Part shown: positions 28,801 to 43,336 of the stretch, piece after piece
Layout: each line of letters opens with the position of its first letter
Position numbering within the stretch: position 1 is the stretch's first letter
Source: Chrysomallon squamiferum
Taxonomy: Eukaryota > Animalia > Mollusca
Direction: 5' to 3'
DNA length: 64,000 nucleotides
Assembly: GCA_012295275.1 (NCBI GenBank)
Contig: CM022672.1
Span: 3,844,001-3,908,000, forward strand
The notes under the pieces: generated by a model
Seen by the model: the letters and a program-made list of their open reading frames with translations, nothing else
The model's database searches: none
What the model was told of the DNA's origin: nothing
Made by a program: the position numbers and the translations under genes

Positions 28801-29500
28801 TACGTGTCTGATATAGAAATATACGACAATGCCTGATGTAGAAATATACGTATAAGCCTGATATAGAAATATACGTACATGTCTGATGTAGAAATATACG
28901 TACATGTCTGATATAGAAATATACGTACATGTCTGATACAGAAATATACGTACATGTCTGATATAGAAATATACGTATAAGCCTGATACAGAAATATACG
29001 TACATGTCTGATATAGAAATATACGTACATGTCTGATACAGAAATATACGTACATGCCTGATACAGAAATATACGTACATGTCTGATATAGAAATATACG
29101 TACATGCCTGATGTAGAAATATACGTACATGTCTGATACAGAAATATACGTACATGCCTGATACAGAAATATACGTACATGTCTGATATAGAAATATACG
29201 TGCATGTCTGATATAGAAATATACGTACATGTCTGATGTAGAAATATACGTACATGCCACAAGATACTGAAATATACGTACATGTCTGATATAGAAATAT
29301 GCAGACACATATGTTACAGAAATATACGTACATGTCTGATACAGAAATACACGTACATGTCTGATATAAAAATATGCAGACATGTATGATACTGAAATAT
29401 ACGTACACGTGTGATACTATAGCATATGTATACGTCTGATACTGAAATAAACGTAAACATCCCAGACAGAGATAAACGTACACGTTCAATACTGAAATAT
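28801..29500. repeat. 25-bp minisatellite, about 28 copies
   Basis: Unit ATATAGAAATATACGTACATGTCTG with AT(A/G)(T/C)A and GTCTG/GCCTG variants. It degenerates after about 29255. Confidence 0.97.
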
Positions 29501-30200
29501 ATCATACGACATGATTTATTTTATTCTCTTTCTTTTTTTTTATTCTTTTTTTTTTTTTTTATTATTATTTTTTTTTTATGTCTCCTCCTTCATTCTTTAA
29601 TCCAGATTTATATAATTCGAAACCAGGTGTAACGCATATATTCTCACTCTTAATTGACAGTTTTAACTAATGGTTTTCGGTTTTTTAACGAGTAATTATT
29701 ATTTTTTTTTTTATGCTGCCAAGTTTATTTATTTTTATATTTTTTTTAAATCAGTAAAAAAAAAAAAAAAAAAAATCTGTATCCTCAAGCAACGCTTAGT
29801 CATTTGTCAGACAAACAAAAAAAAAATGTATTTCGTTTGAAAATGATTTTATCACAAAATTACTTAACTTGGGTAAACATCACGTCAGACATTTGTTTTA
29901 TCTGCACACATGCTGAATAGGATTTTTTTTAGAAAAATAAAATAAAATAAAATAAATAAATAAATAAATAAATTAAATAATAATAATAATAATAATAATG
30001 ACAACAACAATTACATTGGACGTCATTAAAAAATTATTATTCTGCTTATAAAATTAACTTAATAAATATAAAAATATATAAAAATCTTTTAAAATTAAAT
30101 TTAAAAATCCAGAAAGGAAAAAATCCATAAATTTAAGAAAAAAAAGAAAATTAATTCACTGAAGAGGTTAACGCAGAGCGAACACAACTAATTCAGTGAC

Positions 30201-30231
<31 letters not shown>

Positions 30232-31199
30232 AAAAAAGAATTCTGATCGAAATCATGTGACCCTGTATCGTGCTGGGGATAACTGGAAATCGATACGAGG
30301 CAATGATCCGATACATTCATGATCACACATGTAACTGGCGTCACACGGTCACTGATCAATCAACGGAGACTCGAACCCAATCCGTCCTGTTTCTTAACAC
30401 TGTTTCACTTAGCGCGACACGAACGTAAACGTTGGGAAACGGAAGAACGCACAAAGCGTCGCTAAACGAGAACGTTACGACGTTCGTCTGGCGCAGAGAC
30501 CGGATTCAACACAAGATTAATAAATGAGTACGATTTCAAACATTCGTGACAGTTGTCTAGTAACGTGCATTCTTTTGACATTTTACCGAAAATAAAGAAA
30601 TGTATGTAAGTTCATAATTATCTACGTATAGTGATAGTTCAACCAAAACAGCAGTAGCAGTAGTACTAGTAGTAGTAGTAGTCGTAGTATCCCTTTTTTT
30701 TTTTTTTTTTTTTTCCTTTGTTATGCTGCTAAGTTAGTTACCCTTTCCAGTCTATTTCTGTATACGTACGTACCAACACACACATGCAAGCACACTGATC
30801 ATTATATTCTCTTATCAGTTTACGATAATTATATTTTACATGTAATCGTTTACGCTTTTGAAGAATTAACTGCAACGTTACAAAATCCCCAAAACCGATG
30901 ATGTTCATGAAGATGAAAATTAATCCGGCTTTGTGACTGCTGTGAAATCACTAAGACTAATAAACTGCACTGCGACAGTTATGCCTTAAGCAAAAACGTC
31001 ACGGTCGAAGTCATATGAAAAACATAAACTATTACACTTCGACTGGTACAATCTTTTCCCATCTAAATAGTGTCCTGCGGTAAAAAATAGTTCACCGCAT
31101 TCTACAATAGCCATCTTCGTAACTGTTCTATTATTATGGCTCCCAACTGTAGCCGGTAAGTGTCGGTGGTATATGGTAAAGGAGACGCGAATTAAAAAG

Positions 31200-31480
31200 G
31201 ATTTGGCTTATTTGGCACGCCAATGGGCAATAAATAAATCGGATTTCATCTTGCTTCTGGCTCTCCGCATGTGTAGATCGTAATCAGTAACTTCATTTTG
31301 CAAGAGCCAATCAGAAAAGGACGTCAGTCTACGTAAGGCGCTCGCTCGTTTCGCTGTTGTTACCGATTTCGTTACTAGAAGGGCCAAGTAATTAGGGATT
31401 GTATTGCAAGACGGGGAGACGTCTTTTCATCTCTATTTTTTTTCTCTCTCTCTCTCTCGCAAGGCCTGCGGGCGAACAGC
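31200..31480. promoter_or_regulatory. CpG-rich island with CCAAT boxes
   Basis: CGCCAATGG (about 31218), AGCCAATCAG (about 31304) and GGACGTCA (about 31319). Confidence 0.35.
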
Positions 31481-31993
31481 TACGCTAAGTTTCAATTATT
31501 TCACAATTGCTCTGACCTCGTGTTGAAAGACGTCTGATGAGAAAACTAAACACACTCTATGTTTTTGTCGAGCGTTTGTATTTATTTTGCCCCCAGTTTT
31601 AATGAATATATTTTCTAAATGAGCTCATACGTTGCCTTGGGCATTTAGCCGATGAATTATTTATTTACAGCTGAACAATCAGCAATGGCGGTTTCAGGAA
31701 GCTTCGTCGAAATACGCCATTGTGTTTGGCTAAAACATGATACACTAATAATTGGTTTTGTACGGAATGCGATGTTAACAAAATATTCAACATCTGTAGT
31801 CTACTTTTAAACCTTTGTGAAGAAAAAGACCTTAAAGAAAAAGGGCGAATGTTTTAATTTTTTATAATATCAGCTTAATGCCGATCACATAAAATATTTA
31901 AACGTTTAATAAAATGTGAATTAAAATATTATTTATATTTTAAAGAAAAATAATTGTACATGAAATACTAAATTTTTTATTTATTTATTTATT

Positions 31994-32060
<67 letters not shown>

Positions 32061-32449
32061 TTATTTCTGTCGTTTAATTAACAAGAACAAACGTATATGT
32101 AAATACGCACAAACACATTTTCGGACATACAGTTTAAATAAATAATATATGATTTCAGTTGTAATTAAATTTTCTTACTCTGCCCTAGATGAGCTGCTAC
32201 TGTCACACACCAAGAGTAAAGAAACTAGTAAACAAGCACAAAATACGCACACTCACAGACAACAGTCGTTCACGTACAACATTTGTACTCGAACAATCAA
32301 CAAACCACTCCGATACATTCAATATATACACATTCTCTATCGCTCCCGCACTCATTAACACACACAAACGCAAACATACACAAACACACACAAACACGCA
32401 AACACACACACACACATACACGTGGTTTCTTTGTTGCGTATTGACTGCC

Positions 32450-32822
32450 CAGTGACAGCTATGACGACGACAGTGACGTCCGTTACGTGTGACAGGCCAA
32501 TTACAGCTCGCAGCACCGGAAGCCAGTGCTAGGCAAGCTCGCGCGATTGAGTCAAGGTCTTAAAAACCGCGAGAGAGAGAGAGAGTAGTCTGCCGCTAGG
32601 TGTATCTTGTTTGCGTTCTGGGTAATGAGTTTCTCAACTAAATGTCATTCTTGTCAAATGAAGTATATCGCGAAATATGGCTGCCAAAACAACAACAGTC
32701 TCCGAGCATGCGTACTGAAAATAAACAGACGTGTTTGGCGTGATGGGTTCCGAACGTCTCTCTTTCTGGTTTGGAAATTGGTGTGAAGTAAATTGTGAAA
32801 AGAAAAGTGGCAGTTAAGGAAA
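32450..32822 (+). promoter_or_regulatory. Candidate promoter plus non-coding exon
   Basis: GTGACGTC, GGCCAAT, an ETS-type CCGGAAG and TCGCGCGA in a CG-rich patch. UTR-like sequence then ends at a donor GAAA|GTAAGG (32822/32823). Confidence 0.4.
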
Positions 32823-33998
32823 GTAAGGCCCCTGTAATCTCTTGTCTGTCAGTAGCGAAGTAATTATCTAGATTATAATTTAACGTAGTTAAAGGCACGC
32901 GTGGTTGTCCTTGAAGGCACAGAATAATACATTTAAAATTGCTCAGTGTACGTTGTTTTGTATTAATCTTTAAATTTGAACAGCTCTGCTTTTATCGGCA
33001 TATTATAGACAGTCATAAGAACAATTATATTCTAATAAATGTTGTTTATTTTAATACTGGCTTGAAATTGTTAAATAATGAATCAAAAACATATTATTTC
33101 TCCTCTGTCCATTTATTTATTTATTTTACACATTTGTATTAAAGTCAATACTTCAGCTAGAAGAGCTCCAACATTGTTAAGCGAAGGGAAATAACTCTTG
33201 GTGGGAGGTTCAAAGGCCATATTGGATTGATTTTATCAGATTTACAGTAGACAGAAAAAAAAAAAAAAAAATAAAACACCACATAACACGAACTATCCGT
33301 CCTTTCTCGCTTCTTTCTAACGCGATGGGTCGGCTTGAATTTGCCATCACACAATTCTCTAAGCCTTTTCAGCGAGTTTTAATACTAAAGATACACGCCG
33401 TGTTTAGATTTCTCTCCTTCGCGACGAAACGTAACCCGGGGGCAAACACTGAGCGCTCTCGTTTTTAAAAAAAAAAAAAAAAAAAACTCTCTTTGCGAAG
33501 ACAACAAAGAAAACGGACTCCATGCCACCCGAATGATGACCGACCCGTGTTGCTCCCGGCTTCCAGACATCGTGGAGAATTGAATTAATAGATTTAATAA
33601 GGACTCGACGCGCACACTGCAGACTACCTACCATTGAATTAATAGGTTCTCGCCTGAACAAGATCTTGGCATGCCCGCAAAGAAAAAACATTTGAGTTAA
33701 ATTTGAGACGGGAGTTTTTAATTGGGAGCTGGGGATCTCGCGGGTGTGGCGGATTTTGGTCTCCCGTGGAGCGCTATTAGATACTCTTGTGGGCGAAGAA
33801 CATCTTGATAACTCGAGAGATAATAGTCGACCGTCCTCAGTGGTTAATGCACGGAGTTTGTGCATGCCAGGTACCAGGGATCGAATGCTAGCACCCGCGT
33901 GCGAGATAAGCAAAGGAAAACGAGCGAGAATCTTTTTTTCTTAATTTTTTATTGTTATTAATTTTATATTGATTATTATTTATTTATTTATTTATTTA

Positions 33999-34049
<51 letters not shown>

Positions 34050-35039
34050 TATTGTTTTGTTTATTGTGTTTGCATAAACCAATCACTTTTTGCCATTAAT
34101 TATTTAAGTTGAAAATACAGATTATTTTCCTAAATGATGTATATGTATGTATGTACGTGTATATATGTATGTATGTATGTATGTGTGTGTATATATGTAT
34201 GTATACACATACACACGTTTCTGTATGTGTATATATGTATGTGTAGATGAATATATCAAAACCTCTGACGACCAGGTCTCTCTCTCTCTGTGTGTTTGTA
34301 GTGCTGTGTATGATGGTGGTCAAAGGTCTGACGGAGATCAATAATGGTACGAATGATTGCTGCAGAAGATAAACAAAAGTCGTGCTTTTTGAATAATGGA
34401 AGACTGGCCGATCAATTTCTCGTTGAGAGTATTAATCAAACGTCTTCTTAATCCTCCACCAATATAATAACATCGCCCAGAACGAGCGTGTTCCCAGTTT
34501 CGCTCTCTGACATTTTCTTTTCTCGCCGCTTGCACCCAGCCAGCCTGCACTCGAGCAGAAGAGTTCTTTTCACACCACGTAACACAGGCTCGTTTCGTTT
34601 TGTTTGTTTTTTAACTACGTTTTGCTTCATGTGTGTTCGGCTGGCAGGGTTGGGGGTGGGGTAGGGATTTTTTTTTTTTTGAAAAAAAATGTGTTTATGT
34701 AGGCTGTGCGTGAGTATGTATATTTGTGTTTGTGGAGAGAAAAAAGAGCGAGAATTATTATTAATATTTTTGGTAAATGTATGTTTACACACAGTGTGTG
34801 TGTTGGTGTGTGTGTATTTGTGTGTGTCTGTATGTGTGTGTGTTTTTGTGAGTGTTAATGTGTGTGTGTATGTATGTGTGTTTGTGTTTGTGTGTGTATG
34901 TGTGTGTGTGTGTCTGTGTGTGTGTGTATGTGTGTGTGTGTGTGTGTGTGTGTCTGTTTGTGTGTGTGTGTGTACATGTACAATTACATGCGTCATTTTT
35001 GCATATGTGTTGTAATTCTGATTAATAAAGGTATCCAGA

Positions 35040-35255
35040 CATACACACACACACACACACATACATAGATGTAATTATAAATATAAAAGTTGATACACAC
35101 ACACACACACATACACACATACATAGATGTAATTACAAATATAACAGTGATACACACACACACACACACTTACACAGATACATAGATGTAATTGCAAATA
35201 TAACAGTTGACACACACACACACACACACACACAGAGACACACACACACAGACAC
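35040..35255. repeat. Three copies of an about 58-bp unit with internal (CA)n
   Basis: acatagatgtaatt(a/g)(t/c)aaatataa followed by (CA)n at about 35063, 35121 and 35180. Confidence 0.85.
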
Positions 35256-38010
35256 ACTCACATGCACACGTCGGTATAGACAGTCTGTTCTATTTATTTC
35301 TTTACATTACAATTTTCTGAAAGTTAATTTGCGAGTGCTGATATCAGACACTGGGAAGAAAACATTCATTTTTAATTCTTCACCACACCTTTATCTGATT
35401 ACATAGATCAAGACGCATCTTCGTCACTAATCGAATTATCTAATTAATTTTATACAGTTCTACCTTAAACATCCACAGAGCTTTCTGTGTTGGCATGTGA
35501 ACGTATAGCCTGAATTTATATATTATTAACACGTGTATATAATTTTACTCTAAATCCATATTTAAGAGTTTTTTTTTTTTTTTTTTTAAACTGATGCATG
35601 TGTTAAATTTTTACCTGTATTGGTGCGAACGTAATAGACTAAAGGCATTTTGTTAATATATGCTCCTGTCTATTGAAGGCGCCGTGTCAGATATTTTCTG
35701 TAATAATCCGTATCGGGGTCTGAAAGGTTAAGGGGAAAAGTGAAATTAATACAGCAGATTGAAAAAAAAAAAAAACGAAAACTGATTTAATTATTTGCTT
35801 AATGGCATACCGGCTCCACGTTGACACTTAAGTACAAGACATCGCTTTTAATTAATAAAGAATAATTATTTTTTGTATTATTTTTTTTTCTTGTATATTA
35901 AAAGTTGTGAAACTAAACTTTCTCAGTTTAATTTGGGTTCGATTTTCTAGGTTATAATGTTTTCTTTTGTGAATGAAGTAATACAGTTCGAAAACCAAAG
36001 AATTTGTCTGATAAGAAATCAATAAATCATTACCTTCCTTTGGACTTTATAAAAGAAGAAAAAAAATGATTTTTTCCTTTGGTTGTTTAATGAAAATATT
36101 TTAAAAAAAAAAAAGTAAAAAAAAAGATAAAAAAGAACAACAAATAGACAGACGTAGAAGATATTTAAAAATGATTGAAGATGAATTGAAAAACAGACAG
36201 ACAGACAAAAGGAAGGAAAGATCGAACTGTTATAAAATGCTCATCAGTTTTTCCTACAAAAAGACGGGTGCGCAGACGTTGAAATCGATTTCGTGTTTTT
36301 GGTAGTTGGAATGGCGGAGGTGTGGCGACGTCTGATACTCTGGATATTGAGATCATTTATCACAACAAGTGCACGAGACTTAGCCAGTGTGAACTAGGTG
36401 ATAGGGTCAGAGGTCATTTATCAATCTAACAAAGTTTCTGGAGGAAGAATATTGAAGGCGAGATTGACAATGCAAGTGAATGGAGAATTCAAATGACTGA
36501 TGAACCTGTGGTTATGTCATCAGCTTTAAGAATGGTATACAGTGGGGCATGCTTTGTACTCACTCTTAATCATAGCCACGAACAAAACCCATACTTGCAC
36601 TAGCCACTGAAACTAATTTTGCTAATTCTGCTTGCCAGAATTGCCAGTAGTGCCAGTTCCCATAATTTTGCTCTCCAGTACAGGCAGTTTCAATACTTTT
36701 ACTAGCAAGTTTAGCCAGTTCCCCTAATTTTATTAGTCACTGTAAGCAGTTTCTACAATTTTAGGAGCAAATTTTGTCAGTGAGTATAACTGGTATTAAA
36801 TAATACAGCCATATCTTATAACTTTACTAGCTAGAACTGAAAATAGCCAAACTTTTACTAGTCCCGTCACTTACCCTCCATACTATTGCCAACTTACACA
36901 AAAACACAAAAACATACACACATACACACACAGACACAAAAAAACACACATATACACACTTTGACTCTGTTCTGCTTGTTGGTTAATCCAAGCGTGCTTT
37001 CAATGAATTCTTCTCCACTTTTTGTGAGTAGGACGCAGAAAAACCTGCATTATGGATTAACTGTTCTCTAATTTATAACGAAGAAAAGTTTACAGTTTGA
37101 TAGACAGATTACGATTCTGAGGGACCACGTGCATATCTCTTGATTAACATTCTTGAAACACAACCCCGTTGCTGTTGTCGCAGTCACGGCTTCTCTTACA
37201 CTGGTAATTTCGAGAAATCCATAAATTATAATACAGTTTTTATATATATTTGTAAAAAAAAAAAAAAAATCCTGTTTTTAATGTGCATAAATCAGTAAAG
37301 TCCAAAGTAATTATAAATACCGAGAAGGAGCATTTGTCAATGGAAGAATAATACATGCCCGCCACTTGATGCAGTTATAAGATTGGTCTTAATATCATAT
37401 TAATCTTAATACTCCCATCATTTTTATCATCATTAATAACATCATCTTTATCATCATTATCATTATTTTGATTATTATTATTATTATTATCATCATCATA
37501 GTCATCGTCATCATTGTCATTATCATTATTTTACAATGGAAATCAAAAATTATTTTCTACCCATCTGATATTTCAGTGAGTTCGATAACCATTAGGCGAC
37601 AACAGAAATTAGTTTTCAGTATGATAGATACAGTAACATTAACAAAAACCCTACAGCTGAAGAAAAGACTTTTACTGTTTCACATTCAACAAGTTGATAA
37701 CAGAAAAATTATTTATTTTCACGCTCGTTTATGGTTTGGTTTAATTTCACGACGAGGTCAACCTTGCGCTTTTATTTAACGGTCTGCGAAGTCGGAGCAA
37801 AGCTTGAACTAAAGCCTTGAACAAAACTTGTCACCGTGTTTAAAGCTCATATTTGCTTTTCTCTTTCTTGGGTTTGACCAACTTTCCCCGCAAGGTGCGG
37901 GAGATTTGAGCAAGGAGAAATGAACCTGCTTGCACTCTGTCGCTTTAATTAATCAGATATTTGTTCGCCGAAAGGTTGACAAGCAAGTGTTTTTCCCGAG
38001 TAAAGTGGCG

Positions 38011-38158
38011 CTATAGCGGACTAACGTTACGTTGTGTCAGATCGTGTGTTGACGGCTACACAGACGTGGGGAAGGTTAAAACTGAAAAAAAAAAAACAAT
38101 TTCCTAAAGAAAAGAGTGGAAAATCAAAGAGAGACATACTTCCACATATAACTAATAG

Positions 38159-38248
<90 letters not shown>
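38011..38248 (+). mobile_element. Short interspersed repeat with a (GA)n tail, copy 2
   Basis: High-identity inverted copy of 15927-16126. Confidence 0.8.
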
Positions 38249-38252
<4 letters not shown>

Positions 38253-40307
38253 ACACACACAATCATACACAACTAATTTTACTGCGAGTTGACTGAGTTT
38301 TACTGTGACCGGCGGACCTCTCTCTCTTTTCTCCGGCGCTGAAGATAAACACGTTTGTTTTAGCGAAACGACGACAACGACGAGGTGATTGGGTGAGGTT
38401 TAAACAGGCTCCTAGTGACGTGACGTTCTTAGTGAATGAAGGGTTCCTTTACCTGCTGGGCTGCAGGGGATTTCGTCGACGGATATATCACTGCAGGTGT
38501 TTTCACAAGAAAAACACACTCGCTTACAAGCTCGCCAGAGGTTTTCAAGCGAGTAGTTTCACTATTATTTTCCGTCCTACTGCAGCTACCGGTCGACGTG
38601 TCTCAAAGGGGGTAGTAAACTTATACGTACAGCTTACATTGGTAATGGTAAATTTAATTTGCTAACAGCGGAACGCAGACTGGGTTTGATATGGGAACAC
38701 GGTTTGTACGTACGGTGTATGTGGTACAATATATTTCAGACTGTAACAATTAAATGACGGTGTTTTCGAAGTATAACTTTACGCACAATTCGTGCGGTAA
38801 ATTCAATTCGATAACAAGTAAACTTAGAAGAAGGAGGGTATTTCGGAGAACAAATGAACGTTCTGTTTGTGTGGTAAATTCGAGACGGTAACAGTTAAAG
38901 GAGAGTGTTGCAAAGGTAACCGTAACGTACAGTTTATGCTGAAAAATCAAAAGAATAATTACAGAACTTAAATGCTGTGTTTCGGATATTAATTTGAATG
39001 CGTATTTTCAAAATTCAAATTCGTAACAAATAAACTTCATATAAGTTTGACTGGAAGAGCTGTTTCGGCAAATAGTTGTTCCATAAACCGTGACTAGGAA
39101 ACAAGACTTTGTTAAAAAAATAAAATTAACGTAAAGGAAAAGTTCACTAATTCTGTAATGGATTGAGTTTTTTCCTTCACGGATTTCAGAACTAGCGGTA
39201 AGTTGAGACTTTTAACTTTTAATTTTATTTCCAGAATAATTCATTTTAATTTATTTTATTTATTTTTACTGTCCAACATCAGTGAGAATGTTAACACTGG
39301 ATGTATAAAACTTGTTTTACAATAAACCTCAAATATAAATGAATACGAAAAATATTTTATAACATAACATAATATAATAATGATAAAGTAATGAGGACGA
39401 GCATGATCATGAGTATGATGATGATAACAATACTTCATGTATTCATATGCGTTTAAAACAAACACCCCAGTCATCGGCCATCCCCTCTTTATTTTGATCG
39501 GCGCCTGAAAATTATTACCGCTAGATATAAACATAGTTAAGTAATTTGGTATAAATGAACTGCGAATTGAAACTGCTGTGTCAAGAAATATTTTACTGTT
39601 TATGTAAGGGTTTTTTTGTTTGTTTGTTTTTCTTTTTCTTCTTATCTTCAGAGAGCTAATATATTGACCATTCTGTGTGAAATCTTCATACTTTTCCCCA
39701 TCTTAGCGAGAAGACTAAATTAAAACTTGCACTGGCTGTCAGAGGATGATCGTATTAGAGTGAACTCTGCTATTAATCGAGGCAGAACAGCTCATATATT
39801 TGTCTATCAAATCAGATCTGACATAAATCAGAGGTTTCTTTCTTAACGCAGGGTGGCAGGAACTAAAACACGCGTCTACATCTTTATTTGATTATGATGG
39901 GTTAGTAAAGCATACAACGTAGATAAATATCTTACATGATCTATTGTTTCCATTAGTTACTGCGTTATAATACTGCGTGTACGTGAATGTGAGAAAATGC
40001 GAGAAAGAGTATGTGCGTGTTGCGTGTGTGTGTGTGTGTGTGTGTGTTTGGGTGTGTGTTTAATAGATGTTAATGTACGTGCACGGTGTGAGTACATGTA
40101 TGTTTATGTGCGTGTGTAAAGTGTATGTGTATGTATATGAATGTTTGTGTATTAATTTCAGACCCTGAGTGTATTTATTTGAATAAATAATGAAACATGA
40201 TGGACTGTATTAAATTATGACTGAATGTGCAAAAATAAAAAATAATAATTTAAAAAAAATAACGTTTAAAGTCAGCAAAAGAGACAGAGAGAGAGATTTA
40301 GACTGAG

Positions 40308-40393
<86 letters not shown>

Positions 40394-40718
40394 TGTTTAA
40401 TACAAATAGCAGCTGTGTTTGTACTTAACGACTAAATTAGAGTTACCCTTCGTTATTAAATGCGAGTCTGTTCATGGTGAAAGGATTACAACTGATTAAT
40501 GCTACATAAGTATGATACTGCACACAGTAAATAGAATTTAGCTGATTAATATAATGCTAAAGTGCTGCGTAACTGTTACCTAATTTTTACCAACAATGTT
40601 TAGTTATCCATTAAAATGTCATTTTTAAATTATCAGTTTAGTTTTGCATTGTCGTTTTCTTTAGTACTATATAATAATGTTTAGCAAGTTAATACAGAAA
40701 TGTTTTAATGTGTGTGTG

Positions 40719-40766
<48 letters not shown>

Positions 40767-41560
40767 ATATATATACCGGCTATATATGTTATATTGGCTT
40801 TATAATGGCACATCATTACAAGTGATGAGTCTCTCAGCTTTATAAATATAAACGCGTTGACTCTTGTGTTAGTGATAACGTAAAGCAGATAGCAAAGGCG
40901 TTATTCTCCGTCCATCAACAAGCCCTATAGTTAACTTATCATTCAAATTACATCGCCTCGTTTTTTTGTTCCCGGTTTGATTTGGAGCGGCACATCAAAG
41001 CCGCCACTAAGAAGGCAAGTTGTTTCTACCAGCGGACACGGGTTCGGGCGTGATTCGGTGCACGCTAAAAGGATTACCGGCAAACCTCGGCATTGTTCGG
41101 CACACCGCACGCATCGTGCCCGAAAGGCCAAACCAATCGAAACTTCATAAGCTCTATCATACGAGAAGACGTGGAAAAAGGGTTTTGAGGGTTTTCCTCG
41201 CGGTAAATGGAAGAGCTGACCTCGTCCCTGGTCTGTAAAAGCCGTATCGTTTACAGAGTTATAAGGAGGTATACGCGGCTAGTTTCAAGATAGGCCGATC
41301 AATTTGTTACCCATTGAAAAGTGTTGTGAAATCGGGATGAAAAACTGAGCCGCAAACAGAAAACTGGTTTTTTTGTGTGTGTTTTTTTTTTTCTCAGTCT
41401 ATTTATGCGAATCCAGCAAGGAGTAAATTGAACATGTCACCTCATCTTCACTTACACGGACCGATCGTTCTGTTTTTGAAGTTTCAGCTAGTTTTCATTT
41501 CATACAGTTCCGAAATGAATTTATATCAAAGTCATTGAACGTTTGTGATAGCTTTCTTAA

Positions 41561-41607
<47 letters not shown>

Positions 41608-41646
41608 TACTACTATTTATTTATTTATATATTTATTTATTAATTA

Positions 41647-41694
<48 letters not shown>

Positions 41695-42013
41695 TATTTA
41701 TTTATTTTTGTAACTTATTATTTTGTTTTGTAATTTTTAAACCATTCTTAATTTTCTTCACATCATAGAGTAGTAAGACCATTTGTATTTCATCTTCATA
41801 TTTTTATTATCGTTCTCTTGGTCATGACAAAATATCATGATATATTTTTAGCTATTGGTTTTCTATTTTCCTTTGTACATTTGAGATCTCTGTTTTGCTT
41901 CGTGTAACCAGTGTTTATTATTTCCACAATGCATCCTCCTTGTTACGGCTTCCGTTTGTCCCCATTCCTGCCTCAAACTAAGTAAATATCGAATACCAGT
42001 CTACAAACGTCGT

Positions 42014-42029
42014 CCACTAGGGGGCGCTG
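42014..42029 (+). promoter_or_regulatory. CTCF consensus motif
   Basis: CCACTAGGGGGCGCTG matches the bilaterian CTCF core CCASYAGRKGGCRS. Confidence 0.55.
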
Positions 42030-42151
42030 TGCAACTTTGATCTTCGAACGATTTCGTTAAATATCGCCAAATGTCAGAGAAATATTTCTTACAGCATTGC
42101 TAATCTCTAAAAAAAGAAAATGTTATAACACAAACAGCCCTTCACAAACTG

Positions 42152-42302
<151 letters not shown>

Positions 42303-42452
42303 CCAGATCAGGCAGATACAACATCATACAAAATAATTCTGTATCTGATCCTGGTTCAGCACAAACAAAAGAAAAAAAAAAATCTCACTTAATTATTTTC
42401 TCCTTTTTATTTATTTATTTATTTATTTACTTTTTTTATTTATTTATTTATT

Positions 42453-42500
<48 letters not shown>

Positions 42501-42968
42501 AAATTACTTCTTTTCTATTTATCTATTTATTTATTTATTACACTGCCAGCAGATTTCGTGCAGAATTCGGTTCAGCTATGATCGGGATCAGTGTGCTGTA
42601 AGACACAAGAGAGGTGTACAGTATTTTAATAAGACCTGACAACGAGCCTACTGCACGTTACATCCAGCAGTGAGAGTAACACCAAAAAAAAGAATGAGAA
42701 AAAAGATATGACAAAAGAGGTCTGCGAAACCTAATCTATTGCTGTTTCGTAGTTTGTAATCGAGTGTTGATTAGCGACATGGCGAAAACCGAGCCTGCTG
42801 CGAAAGAAACGATAACCAGTGCACGCCAAGTGACATCACGCAACTCAGGAAGTAAGGATTGTTAGAACCCCAGTGCGAGGCGTGATACGTTTCAAGAACT
42901 GCTGTACTCGTACAGATATAACACAGACACATACATTATACACCTATACAAACCCATACATACATATC

Positions 42969-43002
<34 letters not shown>

Positions 43003-43295
43003 TACATACACACATATATTCATATATATGTATATATACCTGTTTGCATAAATGCGTGCGTCTGTGTATTACTGGGATGGGAAGTGACATGTCTGTGTGA
43101 ACATGTGCTCATAAATTATACAGATAAAACAACATCTCGTTATAATTATCGTGGTTAGGTGCGTACAAAAATCAAAAAATAAAATAAAACAAATAATTAT
43201 AACAAAAATAAAATTTAAAATTCAAAATCCTTTACTACTACCAATCGATATAGCAATGAACTGTCATAATCATTCACGTGACTGACATTAATTTA

Positions 43296-43336
43296 AAAAT
43301 GTGTTGCGGTGTCGTTAAATAAATATTCATTCATTA
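43296..43336 (+). mobile_element. SINE 3' tail fragment
   Basis: aaaatgtgttgcggtgtcgttaaataaatattcattc resembles the reverse complement of the tail at about 16470-16500. Confidence 0.35.

Noticed and set aside
28739-29505. Overlapping 173-229-aa minus-strand ORFs, and a CRISPR-like appearance
   Set aside because: This is a head-to-tail 25-bp minisatellite with no unique spacers, no cas genes and a eukaryotic context.
32889-32910. AAGGCACGCG, resembling miR-124
   Set aside because: It diverges after about 10 nt and has no hairpin.
33404-33913. 169-aa minus-strand ORF
   Set aside because: No recognisable domain, a non-ATG start, and it reads through a homopolymer run. It is better explained by locally higher GC.
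34448-35062. 204-aa His/Thr-rich ORF
   Set aside because: It is the translation of degenerate (CA)n repeats.
36570-36880. Recurrent ttactagc / gccagt motifs, possibly subterminal repeats of a MITE
   Set aside because: I could not define termini or a period.
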